From an uncultured Methylomirabilota bacterium (GTDB lineage: Bacteria > Methylomirabilota > Methylomirabilia > Methylomirabilales > 2-02-FULL-66-22), in NCBI GenBank assembly GCA_963845565.1, contig CAWJSJ010000001.1:640001-704000 (forward strand): a DNA stretch of 64,000 nucleotides, in the 5' to 3' direction. This document shows positions 41,989 to 50,410 of this stretch, piece by piece (within the stretch, counting starts at the first letter, position 1; each line of letters opens with the position of its first letter). Below the pieces are notes generated by a model that saw only the letters and a list, made by a program, of their open reading frames with translations, ran no database searches and had not been told where the DNA came from. The translations under genes and the position numbers were made by a program.

Positions 41989-43290
41989 ATGACTATTCCG
42001 GTCATCATGCCGCAACTCGGTGAGAGCGTGGCCGAGGGCACGGTCATCGAGTGGTTGAAACAGGAAGGCGACCGCGTTCAGCGGGACGAGGTCATCCTGG
42101 CCATCTCGACGGAAAAAGTGGATGTGGAGGTCCCCGCGCCGGCCAGCGGGGTGCTTTCCCGCATCCTGGTGCGGGCGGGCGAGGTCGTTCCGGTCGGGTC
42201 AACCCTGGCGTTCATCACAGAAGGCTTTGCGTCCGGAACCGGGATCGACTTGGGGTCGGACGCGCCGATCCTCGTTCCGCTTCCACCCGAGCCGCGAGCC
42301 CTGCCCGCTGGGCAGGCGGGCGCGAGCCGCGAGCCGCGCAGTGAACGACGGGAGGAGCGATTCTATTCCCCCGCGGTGCGACGGCTGGCGGACGAGTTGA
42401 AGGTGGCGTTGGCCGAGGTATCCGGAACCGGTGAGGACGGCCGGGTGACAAAAAGGGACGTCGAGGCATTCGCGCAGGCGCGATCGCGCGCCCTCGCGTT
42501 CGCGGAGAAGGGCTCACGGGGGGCGGCGATCGGCGCCAAAGAGGTTCCGAAGGGAGGAGACGAAGAAGAACTCCTCCCCCTGACCCGGATGCGTCAGACG
42601 ATTGCGGAGCACATGGCGCGCAGCCTCCGCGAGGCGCCCACCGTGACCTCGGTGGCCGAGGCTGACTTCACGACTATCGCGAGATTCCGCGACCTGCGGA
42701 AAGCCGCCTTCCGGGAGACGCAGGGGACGGCATTGACGTTCCTGCCATTCATCGTCAAGGCGACGGCTCATCTGCTGCCGGAGTTCCCCACGCTGAACGC
42801 CCGCTGGAGCGAGGAGGGGATTCGCGTCCGAAAGCAGGTGCACCTTGGGATCGCGGTGGCACTCGCGGACGGGCTGGTCGTCCCCGTGCTGCGGAGTCCG
42901 GCGTCTTTGACGGTGTCGGAGATCGCGGTGCGCATCGCGGACATCGCCCGTCGCGCCCAGGAGGGGCGCCTGCTTCCGGAAGAGCTGCGCGGCGGAACCT
43001 TCACGGTAAACAACTTTGGCGCCGACGGAAACCTGATCGGCACGCCCGTGCTCAACCAGCCCGAGGTGGGGATTCTCGGCGTGGGGACGATCGGGAAACG
43101 GGCGGTGGTCGTCGCGCACGAGGGGGAAGACACCATCGCCATCCGGTCGATGGGCTATCTGTGCCTGTCCTACGATCACCGCGCCGTGGACGGCGCAGTG
43201 GCGGGGCGCTTCCTGCAGCGACTGCGCCGCTCTCTGGAATCATTCCGGGCGGGTGAGGGGATCTGGATCGACCCGATCCTGCAGGGATAG
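41989..43290 (+). CDS. 2-oxoacid dehydrogenase E2 (dihydrolipoamide acyltransferase)
   Basis: Lipoyl domain MPQLGESVAEG..STEKVDVE, E3-binding SPAVRRLA..GTGEDGRV, catalytic YDHRAVDG. Confidence 0.93.
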   Translation: MTIPVIMPQLGESVAEGTVIEWLKQEGDRVQRDEVILAISTEKVDVEVPAPASGVLSRILVRAGEVVPVGSTLAFITEGFASGTGIDLGSDAPILVPLPPEPRALPAGQAGASREPRSERREERFYSPAVRRLADELKVALAEVSGTGEDGRVTKRDVEAFAQARSRALAFAEKGSRGAAIGAKEVPKGGDEEELLPLTRMRQTIAEHMARSLREAPTVTSVAEADFTTIARFRDLRKAAFRETQGTALTFLPFIVKATAHLLPEFPTLNARWSEEGIRVRKQVHLGIAVALADGLVVPVLRSPASLTVSEIAVRIADIARRAQEGRLLPEELRGGTFTVNNFGADGNLIGTPVLNQPEVGILGVGTIGKRAVVVAHEGEDTIAIRSMGYLCLSYDHRAVDGAVAGRFLQRLRRSLESFRAGEGIWIDPILQG

Positions 43291-43301
43291 GACGGAGGAG
43301 G

Positions 43302-43341
43302 GGACGAGTGGGGGAAGGGGCGAGTGGGAGAACGGGTGAGT
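43302..43341 (+). repeat. Degenerate purine-rich octamer tandem repeat
   Basis: ggacgagt gggggaag gggcgagt gggagaac gggtgagt after the E2 stop. Confidence 0.55.
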
Positions 43342-43353
43342 CGGATACCCTGA

Positions 43354-43551
43354 TCCCCAGCTGCGAAGCGCGCCTGGGCGCGGTTGATCACACAGGGCTA
43401 CGATGGCGACCCGCTCGTGTATCCCCGCTGCGCGAGACCCATGTGCATCATCGCATTCATTGAACAGGCTGAGGTGATCGAGAAGCTACTCACCCACCTG
43501 GGATTGTGCGTCGCCCTGAACTGGTCGAAGGGGCCGGCCCCGATCCCATAG
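43354..43551 (+). pseudogene. C-terminal remnant of an IS91-family transposase
   Basis: Not in the ORF track. Translates AAKRAWARLITQGYDGDPLVYPRCARPMCIIAFIEQAEVIEKLLTHLGL, matching the WARL..V..DPL.CP.C...M.IIAFI....I.KIL.HLGL tail of IS91/ISCR-type transposases. No N-terminus. Confidence 0.78.
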
Positions 43552-43698
43552 CCCACCGGCGGGGCACCCGTTGCTGGATTCCCTGCAACGGGTCGCGTTC
43601 GCTGCGTGAAGGTAGGTCCTGCTGGTCGGCGCCCCCGGTGGGCACTCTCCTCGGCGCGGGCGCTCGCTCCCCATCACCCCGGCTGCATCCGTAGGCCC

Positions 43699-43728
43699 TT
43701 GACATCTCTCTCCGGTGCGCCCGATACT
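43699..43728 (+). promoter_or_regulatory. Candidate outward-facing promoter in the IS91-remnant 3' region
   Basis: ttgaca-18 nt-gatact. Confidence 0.45.
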
Positions 43729-43914
43729 CCCGCCCAGCGGCGGGCCACCTCCCGCGGGGTGCAGGTCGGCGGCGTCGGTGGCCTCCCGGGCCGGCGAGGG
43801 CGCGCTCGTCGCGCCGGCCCCCAAAAGCAAATTCCTATCACCATTTGCCTCCCTGACGAAGCAAGACACTCCTTGTTAGAGTATTACCGGGTAACATCCG
43901 AAAAGGAGTGCGTC

Positions 43915-44172
43915 ATGCGCACGACGAAGCCCATCACCGTCTCGCTCCCTCTCGATCTACTGCAGGAGACGCAACGCGTTGCCCTGGAAGAGGCGCGAAC
44001 CAGAACCGATCTGATTCGGGATGCGCTCCGGCAGTACCTTGCCTCCCGGCGGTGGCAGCGCCTGCGCAAGTGGGGTGGGGAGACTGCCGAACGCCTTGGT
44101 TTGAAGACCGAGGCGGATCTCGAGCGACTCCTCGACACAGCGCGCGCGTCGGGCGGGAAGGCAACCCGGTGA
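43915..44172 (+). CDS. Ribbon-helix-helix (CopG-like) antitoxin
   Basis: aaggag RBS, TKPITVSLPLDLL...RTRTDLIRDALRQYL. Stop overlaps the PIN start. Confidence 0.85.
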   Translation: MRTTKPITVSLPLDLLQETQRVALEEARTRTDLIRDALRQYLASRRWQRLRKWGGETAERLGLKTEADLERLLDTARASGGKATR

Positions 44173-44584
44173 TTCGGGTTGTCGCCGATACCAATATCTA
44201 CCTCTCGGCCACCGTTTTCGGGGGAACCTGCGAGGCCGTTCTTGCCCTGGCACGCGCTGGAATCGTGGACCTTCAGATCTCCAGAGCTATCCGGCGCGAA
44301 TTGCGCATCGTGCTTGCCGACACCTTTGGGTGGACCGAGTCCCGAGTCCGCGAGGCGCTCGCCGAGATCGACAGTCTGACCACTCTCGTCAGGTCCAATG
44401 TGCGTGCTCTGGGATACTTGTCCATGACGACGATCACCGGCTTCTGGAATGCGCGATTGCCGCTCAAGCCGAGTTCCTGGTGACCGGTGACAAGAAGCGC
44501 TTCCATCCGCTCAAGACCTTCCAGGACATCAGGATTGTCTCGCCCTGGCAATTCCTTGATCTGCTGAAACCGCCCGAATTGTAA
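44169..44584 (+). CDS. PIN-domain toxin, -1 frameshift near 44405 (error or pseudogene)
   Basis: VVADTNIYLSA in frame 43908; DDDHRLLECAIAAQAEFLVTGDK..IRIVSP in frame 44330. Confidence 0.82.
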
Positions 44585-44600
44585 GCAGCCTTGTGCTCGC

Positions 44601-44628
44601 CTCCGACATAACCTGGGAGATGCGAAGT
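44601..44628 (-). other. dif-like XerC/XerD candidate site
   Basis: Minus strand acttcgcatct-cccagg-ttatgtcggag has 11-6-11 geometry resembling ACTTCGCATAA-N6-TTATGTTAAAT. Confidence 0.4.
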
Positions 44629-44704
44629 ACGACAAGTCACCATGATTCGAAAAGGCTGGAAAGGGGTGAGGGGGAACGCAGGCAAGTTATGGAATGTGGG
44701 CGTC

Positions 44705-46384
44705 TCACCCCTCGAATCGCACCGGGAGTCCGCCGCCGCGCTCGGGGGGTTCGCCGAGGCGGGCGTACAGGCTGAGGAGTCCCTTGGTCACGCGCGGGGT
44801 GGGGCGGCGCCAAGCGCGACGGCGTGAGTCGAGTTCCTCGGGCGCCACCAGCAGGTCGAGTCGACGATTCGGGATGTCCACCGCGATGGGGTCGCCGTCC
44901 CGCACCAGGGCGATGGGGCCACCGAGGGCTGCCTCGGGAGAGACCTGGCAGATGAAGGGGCCCTTGGCAAAGCCGGAGATCTTTCCGTCGGTCACCAGGG
45001 CGCAGGACGTGCTGAGGCCGAGCGCGTTCAGGTAGCCGACAACTTTGAAGACCTCGGTGAGTCCGGGTCCGCCGCGGGAGCCCTCGTAGCGGAGAACGAC
45101 AACCTCGCCGGCCTGCACGCGTCCCGCTTCCAATCCTGCCAGGCAGTCCTCCATGGAATCGAAGACGCGCGCCGGGCCCCGATGCGCCTGCATCTCTTCC
45201 GGGACCACGGTTGGCCGGACGACGGCGGAGGTTGCGAGAGTTCCGCTGAGAATAGCCAAGCCACCTCGGAATACGGGCTGATCCAGAGGACGGATGACCT
45301 CTTCGCGCCGCACCGCGGCGCCAACGACGTTTTCGCCCACGGTTCGCCCGGTGACGGTCAGGCTGCCGAGATGCAGGCGGCGATCCAGTCGCAACATGAC
45401 TGCCGGAATCCCGCCCGCTTCGTCGAAGTCCTGCATGGTGTACGTCCCGCTCGGTCGGACATTAACGATGCAGTCCACCTCGCGGGAGAGGCCCGCGATG
45501 GTCTCCAGGGTCACGCGGTTGCCTAGGTCCAACTCTTGGGCCAGGGCAAGGATGTGCAGAACGGCGTTGGTGGAGCCGCCGATAGCATGGAGCACCTTGA
45601 TCATGTTCTCCAACGCGTCCGCGGTGACGATACGGCTGGGACGCAAGTCGTTCCGGATCAGTTCGACGATTCGACGTCCCGATTGTTTGGCGAACCAGAG
45701 TCGCTGGGCGGTGGGGGCCGGAGCGGTGGCCGAGCCGGGTAGCGCCAGGCCGACGGCCTCCGTGAGACACTGCATGGTGTTTGCCGTACCCAGCAGGGCG
45801 CAGGACCCGGCGGTGGGGCAGACGGCGTGCTCGAGTTCGTCCATCTCGCTTGCGTTGAGCCGTGGCCGACCGACGCCGCAGGCCCAGGTCTCGGCGTCCA
45901 GGTCCGTGATGATGACGTCCTTCCCCTGGAAGCGACCGGAAAGCATGGGGCCTCCGGGAACGATGATGGCGGGGAGATCGAGCCGCGCCGCCGCCAGGAG
46001 ATGCCCCGGCACGTTCTTGTCGCAGCTGCTGATCAGGACCAGCCCCTCGAAATTATGGATCTGGGCGCAGGTCTCCACCTCCGCGGCGATGACGTCCCGC
46101 GTGGGGGTGTCGTAGCGCATGCCGCCCGACCCGACGTCCACGGGGCACTGGGCGAATCCGCCAAATTCCACCGGGGTACCGCCCGCTTGCCAGATCCCGG
46201 CCTTCACCGCCTCGGTCACCGCCTTGAGGTGGATGTGCCCCGGACTGGTCTCGCTCCAGGTGTTGTGGACGCCGATCCGCGGCCGCCGCAGGTCTTCGGC
46301 GTCGTACCCCATTGCTTTGATCAACGCACGGACGCGGTTCATTCCAGGCCGGTTGAGTTGCTCGACCATCGTCAGGTTGGACAT
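44705..46384 (-). CDS. IlvD/Edd-family dehydratase, divergent paralog
   Basis: SPGHIHL, SCDKNVPG, CPTAGSC..GTANTM, GGSTN, LVTDGKISG, VSPEAA.GGP. ggagg RBS. Confidence 0.88.
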   Translation of the reverse strand: MSNLTMVEQLNRPGMNRVRALIKAMGYDAEDLRRPRIGVHNTWSETSPGHIHLKAVTEAVKAGIWQAGGTPVEFGGFAQCPVDVGSGGMRYDTPTRDVIAAEVETCAQIHNFEGLVLISSCDKNVPGHLLAAARLDLPAIIVPGGPMLSGRFQGKDVIITDLDAETWACGVGRPRLNASEMDELEHAVCPTAGSCALLGTANTMQCLTEAVGLALPGSATAPAPTAQRLWFAKQSGRRIVELIRNDLRPSRIVTADALENMIKVLHAIGGSTNAVLHILALAQELDLGNRVTLETIAGLSREVDCIVNVRPSGTYTMQDFDEAGGIPAVMLRLDRRLHLGSLTVTGRTVGENVVGAAVRREEVIRPLDQPVFRGGLAILSGTLATSAVVRPTVVPEEMQAHRGPARVFDSMEDCLAGLEAGRVQAGEVVVLRYEGSRGGPGLTEVFKVVGYLNALGLSTSCALVTDGKISGFAKGPFICQVSPEAALGGPIALVRDGDPIAVDIPNRRLDLLVAPEELDSRRRAWRRPTPRVTKGLLSLYARLGEPPERGGGLPVRFEG

Positions 46385-46481
46385 GGGGCCTCCGGGGGTT
46401 ACCAGGTCATGGTTCAAGGTTATCGGTTGGAGGCAAAGATCGTCGCCCCTCGAACCGCAGCACCGCAGCACCGAGAACCGA

Positions 46482-47339
46482 TCAACCCTTTAAACCGCTC
46501 ATGACCACGGCCTGGACGACCCAGCGCTGCAGCGTGAGGAAGATGAGCAGGATAGGCAGGATACTGATCACCGCGGCGGCGGTCAGGAGGTTGTACTCGA
46601 TGAAGTAGATGTTGGTGAAGCTCATCAACCCGATCGTCACCACCCGCATGCTGGGGCTGTTGATGACCACTAGGGGCCAGAAGAACTCGTTCCAGTTCCA
46701 CATAAACTTGATGATGAGCAGAGTGGCCATAGCCGGTTTTACCGATGGGAGAACCACCTTGAAGAAGATCCCCAACTCGCTGCAGCCGTCGATGCGCGCC
46801 GCGTCCATGTAGTCGTTGGGAATCATCTCGATCGCTTGGCGCATCAGGAACACGCCGAAAACGCTGACAAGGTCCGGCGCCACGATTCCCAGATAGGTGT
46901 CCAGGAGCCCAAAACGATTCACCCAGAGATAGAGCGGGACCACGACCGACTGGAAGGGCACCATCAGGATGCCGACGATGGCGAGGAAGAACACATCCCG
47001 GCCGGGGAAGTGGAACTTCGCGAAGCCGTACCCTGCCAGAGACGAAACCACCAGGCTGCTCACCGCGGCGATTGAGGCGACCAGCGCGGTGTTGAAAAGG
47101 TAACGCAGGAATGACTCGCGCTGAAAGACCTCTCGGTAGTTGTTCAGGTTGAACCAACTGTCCGGTGCAATCTGGAGGGGAACACGGGTAATCTCTGGGG
47201 GAGTCTTGAGCGAGGTGACCGCCATCCAAAAGAAGGGGAAGAACACGGTGATGGCGCCGCAGGCCACTAACAGGGCGGCCACCCAGCGCCAGCGACCTAT
47301 GCGCGACGATCCACTCTGTGAGAAGGACGCCACCGTCAT
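46482..47339 (-). CDS. Carbohydrate ABC transporter permease (MalG-like)
   Basis: PFFWM..SLK, DAARIDG, WNEFFWPL. Confidence 0.93.
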   Translation of the reverse strand: MTVASFSQSGSSRIGRWRWVAALLVACGAITVFFPFFWMAVTSLKTPPEITRVPLQIAPDSWFNLNNYREVFQRESFLRYLFNTALVASIAAVSSLVVSSLAGYGFAKFHFPGRDVFFLAIVGILMVPFQSVVVPLYLWVNRFGLLDTYLGIVAPDLVSVFGVFLMRQAIEMIPNDYMDAARIDGCSELGIFFKVVLPSVKPAMATLLIIKFMWNWNEFFWPLVVINSPSMRVVTIGLMSFTNIYFIEYNLLTAAAVISILPILLIFLTLQRWVVQAVVMSGLKG

Positions 47340-47439
47340 TTGCCGTCTCGATCCATCAGTAAGCTCATCTGCCGCTTTCTGCCAGCTGCCCGCTGCCAGC
47401 TGATTCTCATGCTCGGCAGCGCCGTCGCGCTGCCGGTCT

Positions 47440-48348
47440 TCAGTACTCGACGGGTTTCCGGAAGATTCGCCACTGCACTAACGTCACCACGAGCAAGGTG
47501 ATGAAGACGAACACCGCGATGACCGATGCGTCGCCGAATCGGAAGTACTTGAAGGCGGTATCGTACAGCAACATGATCACCGTCTGGCTGGCGCTGGCCG
47601 GCCCCCCTTGGGTGGTTGCGTACACCTGGTCGAAGATCTTGAAATTGAAGATCATCTCGAGGATACAGATCATGAGGATCTGCGGGTTGAGCAGGGGCAG
47701 CGTGATGTGCCGCAGCCGCTGCCAGGCGCTGGCTCCATCGATGCCCGCCGCCTCGTAGTATTCGGCGGGGAGGGATTGCAGCGCGGCCAAGAAAATCATG
47801 GTGTCGAAACCAATGCGGACCCAGATATTCACGGCGGCGATCGAGGGGCGCACCTGCGCGAGGCTCTGCAGCCATTTCTGTGGCGGGATGCCGACGAGGC
47901 CCAAGGCAGAGTTTAGGATGCCGTAGACGGGATGATAGATCCATTGCCAAATCAGCGACGCTGCCACGAGCGAGCAGGCAAAGGGCAGGAAGTACATGGC
48001 CGCCCAGACGTTCCGCCATTTGAGGCTGACGATCCGATTCAGGCCGAGGGCCACGGCCAGCGAGCATACGACCACGGTAGGAACCGACATGAACAGCAGT
48101 TGTACGGTGTTGTATACCGCGGTCCAGAAGGTGGAGTCGGTAAATACCTTCTCGTACAGTCGGAGACCGACGTACCGGCTGGCGCCACCAGGGACGGTCC
48201 GGTAGAACGAGTAGGCGACGGACTGGGCGAGCGGGAGCAGGAAGACGGATCCGAAGAAAAGCAGGGCGGGCAGCACAAACAAAAAGCCCGCCCGCCTTTG
48301 GCGATCCATATAGCTCTTCGGCAAGACGATGCGAAGCCAGTGGCGCAT
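47440..48348 (-). CDS. Carbohydrate ABC transporter permease (MalF-like)
   Basis: LAALQSLP..YEAAGIDGA, ITLPLL, TQGGP. Confidence 0.93.
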   Translation of the reverse strand: MRHWLRIVLPKSYMDRQRRAGFLFVLPALLFFGSVFLLPLAQSVAYSFYRTVPGGASRYVGLRLYEKVFTDSTFWTAVYNTVQLLFMSVPTVVVCSLAVALGLNRIVSLKWRNVWAAMYFLPFACSLVAASLIWQWIYHPVYGILNSALGLVGIPPQKWLQSLAQVRPSIAAVNIWVRIGFDTMIFLAALQSLPAEYYEAAGIDGASAWQRLRHITLPLLNPQILMICILEMIFNFKIFDQVYATTQGGPASASQTVIMLLYDTAFKYFRFGDASVIAVFVFITLLVVTLVQWRIFRKPVEY

Positions 48349-48360
48349 GTAGAGGGGCCT

Positions 48361-48465
48361 TGGCAATTAGTCGATTCGGCGAAGAGGCAAGTGGGTACTT
48401 CGACGATTAGGCAATTCGGGCGGACCGGCAATCCGGCAACCGGTATGCCCGGTTGCCGGATTGCC
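48361..48465. repeat. Degenerate octamer array ending in a perfect 17 bp hairpin
   Basis: tggcaatt agtcgatt cggcgaag aggcaagt gggtactt cgacgatt aggcaatt...; then ggcaatccggcaaccgg-tatgc-ccggttgccggattgcc. Confidence 0.7.
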
Positions 48466-48506
48466 AAGTCGCCGCCCTCGGAGGTTTCCGACGATCAGTT
48501 GTCGCC

Positions 48507-48631
48507 CAGGCCGCTCAAAAAGGTCCAGATGCAAGGCGGCGCGCGTCGGGCCGAGTGAGGCGTACTCCAGGTACGCCGCAGCGAGTGCCCAAGCATGCCA
48601 ACGCCGCAGATGGGCCTTTTTCAGCGGCGTG
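48507..48631 (-). repeat. Dispersed palindromic repeat, copy 2 of 3
   Basis: Minus strand cacgccgctgaaaaaggcccatctgcggcgttgg...cgccttgcatctggacctttttgagcggcctg, immediately after the SBP TAG. Confidence 0.85.
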
Positions 48632-49903
48632 CTAGTCTTTCAGGACGCGATCCATCTTGCCGGCCGCGTCATCCAGCAGAGCCTTCGGCTGTCCCTTGCC
48701 GTACAGGACGCCGACCACGGCCTCGCCGAAGGCGGTGGCCAGCTCGTTGGATTTCGGGTGGAAGTAGTTCGGCGGCACCGGTTGCGCCAGCATGTCCTTC
48801 ATCGCCTGATAGTCGGGACGAGACTTCACGTACTGGGTCTCCTGGTTGACCGTCCACACCGGGAGAATGCCCTGCAGTTGGTGCTGGTCGAGGTCGTCCT
48901 TCGCGTTGCTGATGAAGCGGAAGAACTCCCAGGCGACCTGCTTGTTCGGGCTGTTCTTGTAGACCATGTTCGTCCACGGGAAGAGCTGGCCGGCACCGGG
49001 ACACACCTTGCCGCAGGGCAGGGCAGCCACCTTGAAGTTGATGTCCGGGGCATTCTTCTTGACCCAGCCAAAGAACCAGGATTCGCGGAACATGGAGGCG
49101 GCCCGCTTCTGTGCAAAGGAGTCCTCTGGAGTGCCGAGAGTCAGGCTGGACACCTTGTCCTTGAGGACGAGGTTTCCGAAGAAGGTGAGCGCCTCGACCA
49201 TGGCCGGGCTGTTGGCGTACCCTGTCGCCTTGTCCAAATCCGCGTTCAGCATGCGCGCGCCAAAGGCATGCGCGAACGGCAGGAACTTGTCCGTAATCCC
49301 CACGGGGTGGCCGGCGTGCCGGAGGCCAAAGCCTACCTGCGTTGCGTCTCCCTTGGCGTCGAGGACCGACACCTTCTTCATGGCTGCGTGCCACGCGTCG
49401 AACGTCTTGGGGGGCTGATCCGGGTTGAGGCCGGCCTTCTTGAAGAGATCCGCGTTCAGGTACATCATCTGGAAGTTGCCATGCTCGATGGGCATGCCGT
49501 AACGGACGTTCTTCCAGAGGCCCATAGCCAGCATGTACTTTGGCAGATTCTCGTTCCAGATCTTGGTCAAATCGTCGGGCATCTTGTCGCAGAAATCATA
49601 CTGCCCGCACCAGTGATGGGTCATTCCCATGAACATGTCCGGGGCGCCGGACTTTCCCATGAACGCTGCCAGGTACTTGGCCTCGTACCCTTGATAGGGA
49701 ACGGTGACCACCTCCACCTCGAAGCCGGACTTCGCAGCGAACTCCTTTCCCTTCGTCGCGTACCATTTATTGAATTCAGGGTTCTGATCCCAGTGGGTCC
49801 ACATCACGATCTTCTTTTGCTGAGCGAGGCCCTGGCCGGGCAGCGTCGCCATCACGACGACTGCCACCACCAGCGCCAACATCCACCACTGTCCGCGTCG
49901 CAT
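48632..49903 (-). CDS. Carbohydrate ABC transporter substrate-binding protein (family 1)
   Basis: ggagga RBS, signal peptide, MYLNADLFKKAGL...PPKT, C-terminal PKALLDDAA. Confidence 0.9.
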   Translation of the reverse strand: MRRGQWWMLALVVAVVVMATLPGQGLAQQKKIVMWTHWDQNPEFNKWYATKGKEFAAKSGFEVEVVTVPYQGYEAKYLAAFMGKSGAPDMFMGMTHHWCGQYDFCDKMPDDLTKIWNENLPKYMLAMGLWKNVRYGMPIEHGNFQMMYLNADLFKKAGLNPDQPPKTFDAWHAAMKKVSVLDAKGDATQVGFGLRHAGHPVGITDKFLPFAHAFGARMLNADLDKATGYANSPAMVEALTFFGNLVLKDKVSSLTLGTPEDSFAQKRAASMFRESWFFGWVKKNAPDINFKVAALPCGKVCPGAGQLFPWTNMVYKNSPNKQVAWEFFRFISNAKDDLDQHQLQGILPVWTVNQETQYVKSRPDYQAMKDMLAQPVPPNYFHPKSNELATAFGEAVVGVLYGKGQPKALLDDAAGKMDRVLKD

Positions 49904-50410
49904 GGTCTCCTCCTTCATGTCCTGCATGCCCACCAGGGGTTGTAGTCAATCGGCGCCAGTGCCGATGGAGAAAGCGTCGCGAGTGTCACTCGGAGACCGT
50001 TGGTTTGTCAACGGAAAACCGAGCGATGCGCGGGATCGGATGCGTACGGCGGATCGCAAGGAGGCCCCGTAAGTCGCTGCGTCAGTTCCGAAAGCAAGGA
50101 AAGGCGTACCAAGTGGTACAGCGCGGAGCGCCGGGCCAGGCAAAGCGCTTGCTGGCGAGGGACACTTCCTGTATCCTCCCGCCCTGCTGCGCCCCGCGTG
50201 CGGCGCGCAGCAGGGCACGAACTCCTTGTCAAGTGCGCGCTCACGGAATAAGATCGCGAAACTCGGGTCGGCGTCGCTGCGAAGCTGGCGCGAACGCACG
50301 GGAACACAACGCCAAGCGGGGAATGTGGAGTCCGCCCCGTACCGGCGAAGAACTGTTGGGGATGGACTCTGGGTGCGGTCGGGATCGATGAGTCGTTGAA
50401 GGAGGAGCAC

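Noticed and set aside
44605..44692. Possible integron attC (cataac...gttatg)
   Set aside because: Internal L-box pairing is poor, and there is no integrase or second site.
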